This document shows positions 1 through 8,394 of a stretch of 64,000 nt of DNA, piece by piece; position 1 is the stretch's first letter; each line of letters begins with the position of its first letter. The stretch is from an uncultured Clostridia bacterium (GTDB lineage Bacteria; Bacillota; Clostridia; Christensenellales; CAG-138), in assembly GCA_947168855.1 (NCBI GenBank), contig CAMVNO010000001.1, positions 137,077 to 201,076 on the forward strand. The letters are read 5' to 3'. A program made the translations under genes and the position numbers. The notes under the pieces are model-generated. The model was not told where the DNA came from and searched no databases. It was given only the letters and a program-made list of their open reading frames with translations.

Positions 1-1112
1 AGAATCCCGTACATCAGCCAAGCGAATGTTCGTTTTTTCTCAAAGCGGCACGCAAACAGATCCATCACGAACCAGACTGCGCTGACGATGCCAAGCGCAA
101 GGAAAGAGTGCGTATGGATCATGGGAATCAACCCTGCAATCATCGCAAGCGGGATCGTGTTCTCACGTTTTTGTTCGAATGCGAACCCGTGCAGCAAATA
201 CAGGCAGGGGAAGAGGAATGCCCATCCGAACAGGGTTGCCCGCTGCGGAATCAGCATGTCAACGATGGGATTCACCCACCTCAGGCCCAACGCCGGAATA
301 TTGGTCGGCGTTTGATAAAACCCATCCAGAAGAACCTGCGATACCGTCTGACCGCGCGAACCAACCAGTTGAGAAAGCAACCCGCCCGATTTGGACAGAT
401 CAAAGAAATAAAAGAATCCGAGTCCGCCGCCGAAGAAGAACAGAATCGTCGCGAACACCGCGCGAGGTCTGCGCTTCAGCCATTGCTCAAAGAAGCGATA
501 AACGCCGATTACAACGAGCACAAACGCATAGAATGCGGAAATGATATACGCCTGTCGAACAGAAGCGCCGAGCTGACAGAGCGACGCGCCGGATGTTTCG
601 CAAAGGAACGGATAGTTTACGGCATGACCGGGGAAGATGCTGTATTGAGGCGGGAATGCCGATTGCTCCGCAATGCTTGTAATGAACCCCAGATGCATGG
701 CAAGATCGCCGTAAGTGACCTGCCCGACCCATAAACTGCCGTCCGAATGCCGGTAAAGAATATGCGTGTTCAAAAGCGCAGCGCAAAGCAACAGAATCGG
801 AACGATCAGAAACAGAATGTGCCAATCGCTCCCGATGCGATACGTATTTCTTTTCAGGCGTTTTTTCCGGAGGACCAATAGCGCGGCGCATCCGAGGGCA
901 GATAAAAGCGTTGTGACCGCAGCAAGGATCTGTGCGGTCAACGTGAAGCCGACCATGAGCGCGAAGAGAGAGGGGAGCCAGGTCAGCATCAAAAGCCCGA
1001 GCACAAGCCCGAGCCAGATACGGTTTGCGAATTTGTGTTTTGCAAATACGATCTCTGAGATCGTAACGCCCGAGATCGCAAACAGCAGCGTAAACAGAAC
1101 CGCAATGATCAT
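1..1112 (-). CDS. polytopic integral membrane protein, partial (C-terminus lies beyond window start)
   Basis: Own translation of the minus strand from ATG at 1112-1110 gives MIIAVLFTLLFAISGVTISEIVFAKHKFANRIWLGLVLGLLMLTWLPSLFALMVGF... It stays open to position 1 and has many hydrophobic helices. ATGA start/stop overlap with the DegV gene. Absent from the ORF track because it runs off the edge. The listed ORFs 487..1218(-) and 108..734(+) are shadow frames. Confidence 0.6.
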   Translation of the reverse strand, partial: MIIAVLFTLLFAISGVTISEIVFAKHKFANRIWLGLVLGLLMLTWLPSLFALMVGFTLTAQILAAVTTLLSALGCAALLVLRKKRLKRNTYRIGSDWHILFLIVPILLLCAALLNTHILYRHSDGSLWVGQVTYGDLAMHLGFITSIAEQSAFPPQYSIFPGHAVNYPFLCETSGASLCQLGASVRQAYIISAFYAFVLVVIGVYRFFEQWLKRRPRAVFATILFFFGGGLGFFYFFDLSKSGGLLSQLVGSRGQTVSQVLLDGFYQTPTNIPALGLRWVNPIVDMLIPQRATLFGWAFLFPCLYLLHGFAFEQKRENTIPLAMIAGLIPMIHTHSFLALGIVSAVWFVMDLFACRFEKKRTFAWLMYGI

Positions 1113-1969
1113 TTGGTAATAAACAGGATCCCCGTAGTATTCGGTCCGCAATGCGCACAGATGGTCGCGCTTGCCTGCGTAATGTAAATCTCTTTGAAAG
1201 GCTGCAGCTCTTGTGCAAGCTCCTTCATGGCAAGAAGAACATCCGGGTCGGATCCGGAATGCGTGATAAAACAGCGATCCAAAACGATATCCGTGCGATC
1301 CTTGATCATGTTTTCAACGTATTTCAATGCGCTCCGCTTATAGGAACCCATATACTTTTTGCCGACGGTCATGGATCCGTACAGATCGTTGCGGACCATG
1401 ATGCAGGGCTTGATGTTCATCAAGGAAGCGCCGAACTGCGCCAATCCGGAACATCTTCCGCCCGCATGTAGGTATTTTAGATCGTCCAGAATAAAGGACG
1501 CGCTGACCTTGTCGGTGATCGGCATGACCTCTTCGTATATCTGCTTTGCGCTCTTGCCCTGTTTGATGCGTTCGCCGCACTCGCAGACAATGTGTCCGCT
1601 TCCCGTCGAAAGACTTTTGGAGTCGATCACGAATACACGATCGTTTCCGAAAGATTCACCGGCAAGCCTTGCGTTGCTGCACGTGGATGACAATCCGCTC
1701 CCGAGCGCAACGTGAACGATATCGTACCCCTGATCGATATACGTGCGGAAAATCGCCTCGTATTCGTCGATGTTCATCGCGCAGGTGCTCGGCAGCGTAT
1801 GATTCTTCTCGTAATTCTGATAAATATCGGTATGCGTGATATTGACGCCGTCGAGATACTCATTTCCGTTTATGCGGACGTGAATATGGACAAACTCGAC
1901 GTCATAACGCTTCGCAAGTTCCGGACCGATGTCGCAGGAACTGTCTGCAATCAATTTAACTGGATTCAT
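1109..1969 (-). CDS. DegV family fatty-acid-binding protein
   Basis: 286 aa. N-terminal KLIADSSCDI, SLSTGSGHIV and GGRCSG-type motifs typical of the DegV family. Confidence 0.85.
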   Translation of the reverse strand: MNPVKLIADSSCDIGPELAKRYDVEFVHIHVRINGNEYLDGVNITHTDIYQNYEKNHTLPSTCAMNIDEYEAIFRTYIDQGYDIVHVALGSGLSSTCSNARLAGESFGNDRVFVIDSKSLSTGSGHIVCECGERIKQGKSAKQIYEEVMPITDKVSASFILDDLKYLHAGGRCSGLAQFGASLMNIKPCIMVRNDLYGSMTVGKKYMGSYKRSALKYVENMIKDRTDIVLDRCFITHSGSDPDVLLAMKELAQELQPFKEIYITQASATICAHCGPNTTGILFITK

Positions 1970-2167
1970 CGTAATCTCCTCCTTATGGAATCATACCATG
2001 TATTCCTTACGATGTCAATTTTGATTCGTACATATCCTGTCAATATGCCGAACAAATTTTAACCGAAACGTGCATAAAATGAAACAATCTTGTGAACTGC
2101 ATTGACGAATCTGCCGAAATTGGATAACATAAACAAGAATCAAACAGGGAAGGGGGAATCGGCTTCC

Positions 2168-2749
2168 ATGGCAAAGAATCCGTACACGGTACTCGGCGTC
2201 TCCGAAAGTGCGACGGACGAAGAGATCCGCGCCGCATATCGCAGACTGGCAAAGCAATATCACCCCGACCTCAATCCGAACGATCAATACGCCGCTGCAA
2301 AGATGAATGACGTGAACGTTGCGTATGATCAGATCAAAACCGCTGAAAAACGTGCCGCATACCGTGACGAAACCAGAAGGCAGTCCTATCAGCAGAATCC
2401 ATACGGCACCGATCCCTGGCAAACCTATTATCGAACCGGACAGGGCTATTACGGCGGGTCCTATACGGGCGGACAGGGAACAGGCGGAAACGAGCCTCCT
2501 TTTGGCTGGAGCTCCATTTTTGAAGAATCCCAAAGAAGACGCTCCGCTACTTATCATTTTCGCATCATCCGGATTATCATGCTGGCGCTTGCTTTCCTGA
2601 TGATGTTCATGTTCGGCAGATGCGTTTTGAGCAGTTTTGTCTATGCCTGTTATTATCCGATATTCGGTTCCTCGAATACGAATGGGAGCATAGACAACGC
2701 AAAGGTTTCGGAAATTGTTATGATAGGAGATCAGGATGAACTTTCGTAA
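2168..2749 (+). CDS. J-domain (DnaJ-like) membrane protein
   Basis: MAKNPYTVLGVSESATDEEIRAAYRRLAKQYHPDLNP carries the HPD motif. G/Y-rich linker and C-terminal hydrophobic helices. ATG at 2168 is preceded by GGGAAGGGGGAA; the upstream part of track ORF 2102 is unlikely to be translated. Confidence 0.8.
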   Translation: MAKNPYTVLGVSESATDEEIRAAYRRLAKQYHPDLNPNDQYAAAKMNDVNVAYDQIKTAEKRAAYRDETRRQSYQQNPYGTDPWQTYYRTGQGYYGGSYTGGQGTGGNEPPFGWSSIFEESQRRRSATYHFRIIRIIMLALAFLMMFMFGRCVLSSFVYACYYPIFGSSNTNGSIDNAKVSEIVMIGDQDELS

Positions 2750-3200
2750 TCGTTTATACCGATTCATGCAGGGACGCAACGGCGTTGACGCGCTTGCAAG
2801 GTTTCTGAACAGGGTAAGCCTCGGCTGTCTGATCGTAGCGATCCTGTTTACTTTTATCTCATTGGTTTGTCTCCGGCGCGAAGCCGTGACTGCTTCGAGT
2901 GTTTTCAGGATTCTTTACTACGTTGTTTACGGAATCGGAATCGTGCTTGCGGTCCTGTGGATCTTCCGGGTCTTTTCCCGGAATGTTTCAAAGCGTCAGG
3001 CAGAGAACACGCGCTTTGAATACCGAATGCAAAAGATCCGCCGCAAGACCGCATCCTTGAAGCAGCGCTGGAAGGACCGCAAAACACTTAAGTATTTTCG
3101 GTGTCCGAACTGCAAACAAATGATCCGCGCTCCGCGGCATAAAGGAAAGATCCGTGTCACCTGTTCCAAATGCGGGCATATCTTTCTTACAAAAACCTGA
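2736..3200 (+). CDS. membrane protein with C-terminal zinc ribbon
   Basis: Two hydrophobic helices, then CPNC...CSKC (CxxC-x17-CxxC). AGGAGA RBS. Overlaps the J-domain gene end, which suggests an operon. Confidence 0.55.
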   Translation: MNFRNRLYRFMQGRNGVDALARFLNRVSLGCLIVAILFTFISLVCLRREAVTASSVFRILYYVVYGIGIVLAVLWIFRVFSRNVSKRQAENTRFEYRMQKIRRKTASLKQRWKDRKTLKYFRCPNCKQMIRAPRHKGKIRVTCSKCGHIFLTKT

Positions 3201-3221
3201 TATTGCGAAAACCTCCGATTG

Positions 3222-3230
3222 TGGTATAAT
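3222..3230 (+). promoter_or_regulatory. extended -10 element (TGGTATAAT) upstream of thyA
   Basis: A TGnTATAAT match sits 28 nt upstream of the thyA ATG, inside the loop of an AAAACCTCCG/CGGAGGTTTT inverted repeat (3208-3253). The right arm of that repeat carries the thyA GGAGG RBS. Confidence 0.4.
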
Positions 3231-3257
3231 AAATAAAACACGCCGGAGGTTTTTAAT

Positions 3258-4088
3258 ATGAGTTACGCAGATCAGGTCTATATCGAGAATTGCAAACGCA
3301 TCCTGAACGAAGGCGTTTGGGATACGGATATGAATGTACGTCCCCGTTGGGACGACGGTACTCCGGCGCATACGGTCAAACTGTTCGGCATTGTAAATCG
3401 GTACGACCTCAGCAAAGAGTTTCCCATCATGACGCTGCGCAGGACCTACTGGAAATCCAGCATCGATGAACTCCTTTGGATATGGCAGAAGAAATCAAAC
3501 AACGTTCATGATCTCGGAAGCCATATCTGGGACAGCTGGGCGGACGAAACCGGCTCGATCGGAAAAGCCTACGGATATCAGCTTGCGCAGAAACATCGAT
3601 ATTCCGACGGCGAGTTTGATCAGGTCGACCGTGTTCTTTACCTTTTGAAACACGATCCCGCAAGCCGCAGGATCCTGACCAATCTGTATAATTTCGAAGA
3701 TCTTCACGAGATGCATCTGTATCCATGCGCATACAGTATGACCTTTAATGTGTCCGGGCACAAGCTCAATGCAATTCTGAATCAGAGGTCTCAGGACATG
3801 CTGACCGCAAATAACTGGAATGTTGTACAGTACGCGGCGCTTGTCCATATGTTTGCGCAGGTTTCCGGATTGGAGCCCGGCGAGCTTGTGCATGTCATAG
3901 CCGATTGCCACATCTATGACCGGCATGTGGAGATGGTGAAAAGAATGATCGAGCTCGATCCGTACGATGCGCCGACCTTCTCGATCGATCCGGATGTAAA
4001 GGACTTCTACGCGTTTACTGCACAGAGTTTCAAAATGCTAAACTATCAATACCATCCGTTTAACGAAAAAATCCCTGTTGCTATTTGA
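3258..4088 (+). CDS. thyA: thymidylate synthase
   Basis: 276 aa. Contains ELLWIW, GSIGKAYGYQ, the active-site region LYPCAYSMTFN, QRSQDM and IADCHIYDRH, all typical of ThyA. Confidence 0.95.
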   Translation: MSYADQVYIENCKRILNEGVWDTDMNVRPRWDDGTPAHTVKLFGIVNRYDLSKEFPIMTLRRTYWKSSIDELLWIWQKKSNNVHDLGSHIWDSWADETGSIGKAYGYQLAQKHRYSDGEFDQVDRVLYLLKHDPASRRILTNLYNFEDLHEMHLYPCAYSMTFNVSGHKLNAILNQRSQDMLTANNWNVVQYAALVHMFAQVSGLEPGELVHVIADCHIYDRHVEMVKRMIELDPYDAPTFSIDPDVKDFYAFTAQSFKMLNYQYHPFNEKIPVAI

Positions 4089-4597
4089 TTATTATGCTTG
4101 CTGTTGTGAATGTAAATCCCCGATGGGGGATTGGAAATGAAAACCGTCTCTTGGCGCATATCCGAGCCGATATGCGTCGTTTCCGCAGTCTCACGACCGG
4201 GAACGCCATTATCATCGGAAGAAAAACGCTGGATACGTTTCCGAACGGAAAACCTCTGCCGAACAGAGAAAATATCATTCTGACCCATGATCCGGATTTT
4301 TCTGCCGAGAGCGCAGTCATCTGTCATACGCTTGAGGAACTGTTTTCCGTTGTGAAAGACCGCGATCCCGATTCCGTTTTCGTCTGCGGCGGAGAGCAGA
4401 TATATCGGCAGCTTCTCCCGTACTGCAGCAAAGCGTTTGTCACGTTGACCTATTCCGACGCAAAGGCGGACCGGTATTTTCCGAATCTGAATCAGCTGCC
4501 GAACTGGATCCTGACTGAAGTCGGCGAAAAGCAGTATGAAAACAATATCGGATTCCGGTTCTTAATGTACACAAATACGGACGTTCAACCGTTTTAA
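4085..4597 (+). CDS. folA: dihydrofolate reductase
   Basis: MIIMLAVV..RWGIGNENRLLAHIRADMRRFRSLTTGNAIIIGRKTLDTFP..PLPNRENIILT matches DHFR. TTG start overlaps the thyA stop (TTGA); an alternative ATG lies at 4094. Confidence 0.9.
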   Translation: MIIMLAVVNVNPRWGIGNENRLLAHIRADMRRFRSLTTGNAIIIGRKTLDTFPNGKPLPNRENIILTHDPDFSAESAVICHTLEELFSVVKDRDPDSVFVCGGEQIYRQLLPYCSKAFVTLTYSDAKADRYFPNLNQLPNWILTEVGEKQYENNIGFRFLMYTNTDVQPF

Positions 4598-6155
4598 AGC
4601 ATGAAAAAAGCAGCCGGTACGGCTGCTTCTGGTGGAGGTCCTTCTCCAAAGGTCGAACACCGTCACCGGCGTCGCCGGGCGGATCCTCCGGAGGATCCGG
4701 CAGCGCATACCCATCGGCACGAGCGCCGGAATTGAGATCGACGGTAAAGGTATCGTCGTAGACGTAGACGCGGGAAACGTACACGTCGAAAAGCGTCTGA
4801 CGAAACTCCGGATCCCGGACGTCGCCGGTGCGGATCACGCGGAGAAACGCGACGAACTCATCACGGTCAAACGCCCGCGACCGCGCCTGTTCCATCACAA
4901 GCCGCGCTTCGAGCCGCCTTTCCTGTTCTTCGAGCTCGACAAGGCGATTTGCCATTGACGAGCTTGCGACCATTTCAAGCGTCTTCAGGACGTTTGCTTT
5001 GCGCTTTCGGCAGTCCACGAGCTGCGCCTTGATCATTTCTTCTTCGCTCGTCTTTTCAAGCTCCGCCCGCATCATCGCATCCGCTTCATCGGCGATCCGG
5101 TCAATCTCCTCGTCTGTCATGGACGCCTGTACGAGCTCGGCGACGGCAAGCTCCAATTTGTCGCGACTGACGGCGCTGCGCGTGCAGCTCGTCGTCCTGC
5201 GCTTCCGCCCGGTGCACTCATAATAATAATATCGGACGCCGTGCCGCGATGTGCCGTACGCGCCGCTCATAAGCGATCCGCACCGTCCGCAAAAGACCTT
5301 CCCTGTCAGAGCATAGATCTCATCGGACGTCGCCGGCGCGTGCGCCATGTATTCGCGGCGGCGTTTCACCTTATCAAAAAGCTCGTCGTCGATGATGCGC
5401 GGCATGCCGCCCTCGATCCGGACGTCGTCATAGATGTATACGCCTTTATATCGCTCGTTATCCAGGAGCTTCTTGAAGCTCGTGAACCGCCACGGCTTCC
5501 CGGTCTTTGTCGTGATCCCGCGCTCGTTCAGATCTGCGGCGATCTCGTGCACACGGACGCCTGCAGCATACCGTTCGAAGATCTGCCGGACGACGGCAGC
5601 CGCGGGCGGATCGATCTCGATATGACCTTCGGCGTCGACGCGCTTGTACCCGTACGGAAGCGGACCGTTTGAAAGCGCGTGATCCGCATTGTACCGGTGC
5701 CCGCGAATGACGTCTTGTCGGAGATTCGCAACGTAAAATTCCGCCTGGCTTTCAAGCATTCCCTCGATCAGAATGCCGATCGGCCCGTCCGGCATATCCT
5801 CCCGCGCGTATTCAACCGTGATTCCCATCTGACGCAGGCGCGATTTGTAGATTGCGCTGTCGAGCCGGTCACGTGCAAAGCGGTCGACCTTGTATGTGAC
5901 GACATGACCGAACGCGCCCTTTTCGGCGTCGGCGATCATCTTTTGAAACTGCGGGCGGTCCTCGACGGTGCCGCTGATCGCCTCGTCCGGGTAGACGTCA
6001 AGCACCGTCCACCCGCGACGGGCGGCATACGCCCGGCACTCCGCGACCTGCTGCTCGATGCTCTCTTCACGTTGGCTATGCGAAGAGAACCTGGCATAGA
6101 TCACGCAGGCGCTTGCAGCCGTTTTTGATAGTTTAGTTCCCTTTCGCTTTTTCAT
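4440..6155 (-). CDS. large serine recombinase (prophage integrase)
   Basis: CVIYARFSSHSQREESIEQQ is a resolvase catalytic domain with the Ser nucleophile. It also has a recombinase domain, a zinc ribbon (CGRCGS...YYYECTGRK..SC) and a coiled coil. Start taken at MKKRKG (6155). No stop occurs before the att core, so the last ~62 codons (4627-4440) are host DNA antisense to folA. Confidence 0.9.
   Translation of the reverse strand: MKKRKGTKLSKTAASACVIYARFSSHSQREESIEQQVAECRAYAARRGWTVLDVYPDEAISGTVEDRPQFQKMIADAEKGAFGHVVTYKVDRFARDRLDSAIYKSRLRQMGITVEYAREDMPDGPIGILIEGMLESQAEFYVANLRQDVIRGHRYNADHALSNGPLPYGYKRVDAEGHIEIDPPAAAVVRQIFERYAAGVRVHEIAADLNERGITTKTGKPWRFTSFKKLLDNERYKGVYIYDDVRIEGGMPRIIDDELFDKVKRRREYMAHAPATSDEIYALTGKVFCGRCGSLMSGAYGTSRHGVRYYYYECTGRKRRTTSCTRSAVSRDKLELAVAELVQASMTDEEIDRIADEADAMMRAELEKTSEEEMIKAQLVDCRKRKANVLKTLEMVASSSMANRLVELEEQERRLEARLVMEQARSRAFDRDEFVAFLRVIRTGDVRDPEFRQTLFDVYVSRVYVYDDTFTVDLNSGARADGYALPDPPEDPPGDAGDGVRPLEKDLHQKQPYRLLFSCFKTVERPYLCTLRTGIRYCFHTAFRRLQSGSSSAADSDSENTGPPLRRNRST
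4604..4630. terminator. hairpin terminator (A6 - AGCAGCCG/CGGCTGCT stem); strongest on the minus strand
   Basis: An 8-bp GC-rich stem at 4609-4627 is flanked by AAAAAA, which reads as a T6 tail on the minus strand. It abuts the attL core, consistent with it being the original terminator of the tRNA-Ala gene and of folA. Confidence 0.6.
4628..4637. repeat. attL core (TCTGGTGGAG)
   Basis: Identical 10-mer at 39226-39235. Here it lies between the host terminator and the 3' end of the integrase ORF. Confidence 0.6.
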
Positions 6156-7437
6156 ATTCAGCCACCATCTTAAAGAAATCAGCTTCAGAGATATTCTGAA
6201 TGGCAGATCCTTTTGATCTCCATTCATCTGCTTTTTTCATTTTACCGCTGCCGGCTTCATCCGTGTTCGGCGGAAATCCGGCGTCACCGACGACCAGAAA
6301 CGAGGTGCCTTTTGTAACCTTATCTGCAGCAACTCCTCCATGATTCACCACATACTGACATGCTTCTGCTCGTGTCATTGATAACAGTTCCCCGGTAAAA
6401 ACAATGCGTTTTCCGTATAACGGATTTTGTGGATCAACTGAATCGACGGTTGGCTTCAAGGTGTCATAATCGACTTGAATTTTGGAAAAATCGTAGTTTT
6501 CTATAGCAACTCGCTTTTTCTCTTCCGGAGATATCATAGAACGCAGCGCCGATGCACAAAGGATCGTCGTCTCTGCATCTGCGAGTGCACGGTGAGCAAC
6601 CGGGACCGGGATATCAAGACGCCGAGCTACATCTTCCAAAGAGTAGTGCTTCAGATCTGGCAGACATTTCTTTGCAAGCGGAAGTACATCAAAATAATCG
6701 CTGCAAAAGAAATTGCCGCATCTCTCGGCAGCTGCTTTGAGAAAACGAATATCAAATCCGACATTGTATCCGACGACATCGCGGTAATTGATGTATTCCA
6801 AAAATCGTGGAATGATCTCATTTTCGGTCGGAGCATCTGACAGCATCTCGTTCGAGATACCTGTGATCTGTTCCACATTCGGAGGGATCGGAACTTCGGA
6901 ACGCACCAATGACGAAAACCGATCAACGATTCTTCCGCTCTCGACTCTGACCGCGGCAATCTCTGTAATCCTGTCATGTTGAGGATTAAGACCGGTCGTT
7001 TCAACATCGATCCCAAAATAGTCAGAGGGGAACCGTGTGAGGCGCTTTCCGTCAAGTCCTTCAAAGGAAACGGAAAAGGATACGGGCATACTGATACTGC
7101 TTTCGGGCGTCTCTGTTACTGCTTGCGTATCGTGATGCCCAGCTGCTACGACAGTATCTTGTTCGTTGCTTTCAGGCACACGAGCAATAGGAGCGGGCGG
7201 CGCTTCTCGTTTTACTTGCGGTTCTGCATCTGCTTTCCGGTTCTTTTTCAAAACAATCGGGAGGATCAAAACCGCTGCAGCTGGGAGGATACAGAAAAAT
7301 CCAATCACGATACCGAAGACGCCGCTTCCGGTCTCTCCGTCAGATATCAGACTGAACCCGGACGCGATCATGATGATGGAAAACAGGATTACAGGAACGG
7401 CTACAACAATCTGCCATGCTTTAATTCTCTTTTTCAT
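6133..7437 (-). CDS. membrane-anchored DEDDh 3'-5' exonuclease (DnaQ/epsilon-like) with C-terminal BRCT domain
   Basis: Two N-terminal TM helices (AWQIVVAVPVILFSIIMIASGF; VFGIVIGFFCILPAAAVLILPIVL). ExoI GIDVETTGL, ExoII GYNVGFDIRFL, ExoIII HRALADAETT. BRCT-like GKRIVFTGELLSMTRAEACQYVVNHGGVAADKVTKGTSFLVVGD. ATG at 7437 is preceded by AGGAGA. Sits between the repressor and integrase on the same strand. Confidence 0.8.
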   Translation of the reverse strand: MKKRIKAWQIVVAVPVILFSIIMIASGFSLISDGETGSGVFGIVIGFFCILPAAAVLILPIVLKKNRKADAEPQVKREAPPAPIARVPESNEQDTVVAAGHHDTQAVTETPESSISMPVSFSVSFEGLDGKRLTRFPSDYFGIDVETTGLNPQHDRITEIAAVRVESGRIVDRFSSLVRSEVPIPPNVEQITGISNEMLSDAPTENEIIPRFLEYINYRDVVGYNVGFDIRFLKAAAERCGNFFCSDYFDVLPLAKKCLPDLKHYSLEDVARRLDIPVPVAHRALADAETTILCASALRSMISPEEKKRVAIENYDFSKIQVDYDTLKPTVDSVDPQNPLYGKRIVFTGELLSMTRAEACQYVVNHGGVAADKVTKGTSFLVVGDAGFPPNTDEAGSGKMKKADEWRSKGSAIQNISEADFFKMVAEYEKAKGN

Positions 7438-7467
7438 GCTTCTATCTCCTATATTCTCGAATATCAA

Positions 7468-7815
7468 TTACAGGGCATTCTTGCCCTCTTTTTTATCTCT
7501 TTTCTGCTTTTCAAGGAAGAAATCGATATTATCAAGAATCGTCTGCTTGTTCGCATCGGTTAAGCTGCGAAAATCAAGGATCAGACGCATTTCAAGCTCT
7601 GATGGTGAAAAGATAGAATCAGAATCGGGATATCCGAGAGTGGATAAAGGAACTTTCAAATACTGGCAAATAAGAACTGCACGATCATACGGAATCCGTT
7701 TGGGTGCCTTCTTTGGGTTCAGATACCCATTAGAAAAACCGCATGCCATTTCAAGTGTGTGGATTGAGATTTTACGATCGCTGCATAGAGATCTCACGAT
7801 TTCAACATCTGACAT
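7468..7815 (-). CDS. XRE-family HTH repressor (cI-like)
   Basis: 115 aa with an N-terminal HTH (ISIHTLEMACGFSNGYLN). Divergent from a cro-like gene across the operator region. GGGGG RBS. Confidence 0.8.
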   Translation of the reverse strand: MSDVEIVRSLCSDRKISIHTLEMACGFSNGYLNPKKAPKRIPYDRAVLICQYLKVPLSTLGYPDSDSIFSPSELEMRLILDFRSLTDANKQTILDNIDFFLEKQKRDKKEGKNAL

Positions 7816-7836
7816 AATGAACCCCCAAAAAATAAT

Positions 7837-7998
7837 TTAGAAAAATTCCTAAATTGACTATTGACAAATTAGGGGATTCCCTATATACTGAAAAAGCAGT
7901 TAGGGAAATTCCTAATCCGATAGTCTATAGTATTGCTCGCAACAATTATTTTAGACTAAAATCTAAAATTCGTCAATAGATTCAAGGAATTTTCCTAA
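7837..7998. promoter_or_regulatory. genetic-switch region with four palindromic operator-like repeats
   Basis: TTAGAAAAATTCCTAA (7837-7852), TTAGGGGATTCCCTAT (7869-7884), TTAGGGAAATTCCTAA (7900-7915) and TCAAGGAATTTTCCTAA (7982-7998). All share AGGRA..TTCCTA half-sites. They lie between the divergent repressor and cro-like genes. Confidence 0.6.
7861..7889 (+). promoter_or_regulatory. sigma-70-type early promoter (TTGACA - 17 nt - TATACT)
   Basis: -35 TTGACA at 7861-7866 and -10 TATACT at 7884-7889 with a 17-nt spacer that is entirely occupied by operator repeat 2. Confidence 0.55.
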
Positions 7999-8009
7999 CT
8001 GATTCGGAG

Positions 8010-8228
8010 GTGATATATTTGGTAAATTTGCAGATCTATGAAAACGTAGCAAAACGATGCAGGGAAAAGAAGATCACTATAGCAGAACTCGAAAGGCAGG
8101 CAGGGCTTGGAAACGCAACAATCGCCGGATGGAAAACGGGATATCCGAGGATTGACAAAATTGTTGCAGTCGCGCAAGTCCTCGATTGCACTGTCGGAGA
8201 TCTGATCAGTGAGGAAATGACCGCATGA
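8010..8228 (+). CDS. XRE-family HTH protein (cro-like)
   Basis: ITIAELERQAGLGNATIAGW is an HTH. GGAGG at 8006-8010 suggests the true start is more likely TTG at 8019 than GTG at 8010. Confidence 0.75.
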   Translation: MIYLVNLQIYENVAKRCREKKITIAELERQAGLGNATIAGWKTGYPRIDKIVAVAQVLDCTVGDLISEEMTA

Positions 8229-8389
8229 ACGCGCGAACAAACTGCCCGAACTGTGGAGCGCCGAAACAGGCAGCCGAATGTGCAGGCCTGGCGCAAAGGA
8301 TCACATCATCCTTCGGCATTGGATTCAATCAAATCAAAGATATCTTTGCTTCTTTCGGGGCAGCTTTTGCAGACATTTTTCGGAGGTAA
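8225..8389 (+). CDS. small hypothetical protein (54 aa, CPNCG motif)
   Basis: Own translation: MNARTNCPNCGAPKQAAECAGLAQRITSSFGIGFNQIKDIFASFGAAFADIFRR. ATGA overlap with the cro-like stop. Below the track size cutoff. It fills an otherwise empty gap. Confidence 0.4.
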   Translation: MNARTNCPNCGAPKQAAECAGLAQRITSSFGIGFNQIKDIFASFGAAFADIFRR

Positions 8390-8394
8390 TCGGC

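Noticed and set aside
108-1218. Track ORFs 108..734(+), 179..544(+), 487..1218(-) and 766..1119(+) at the left edge.
   Set aside because: All are R/C/S-rich shadow frames. A different minus-strand frame, open to the window edge and starting at 1112, encodes a coherent multi-helix membrane protein.
3258-4597. thyA-folA as possible phage cargo (phages often carry thymidylate synthase).
   Set aside because: Both genes lie outside the attL core and upstream of the host terminator, so they are chromosomal.
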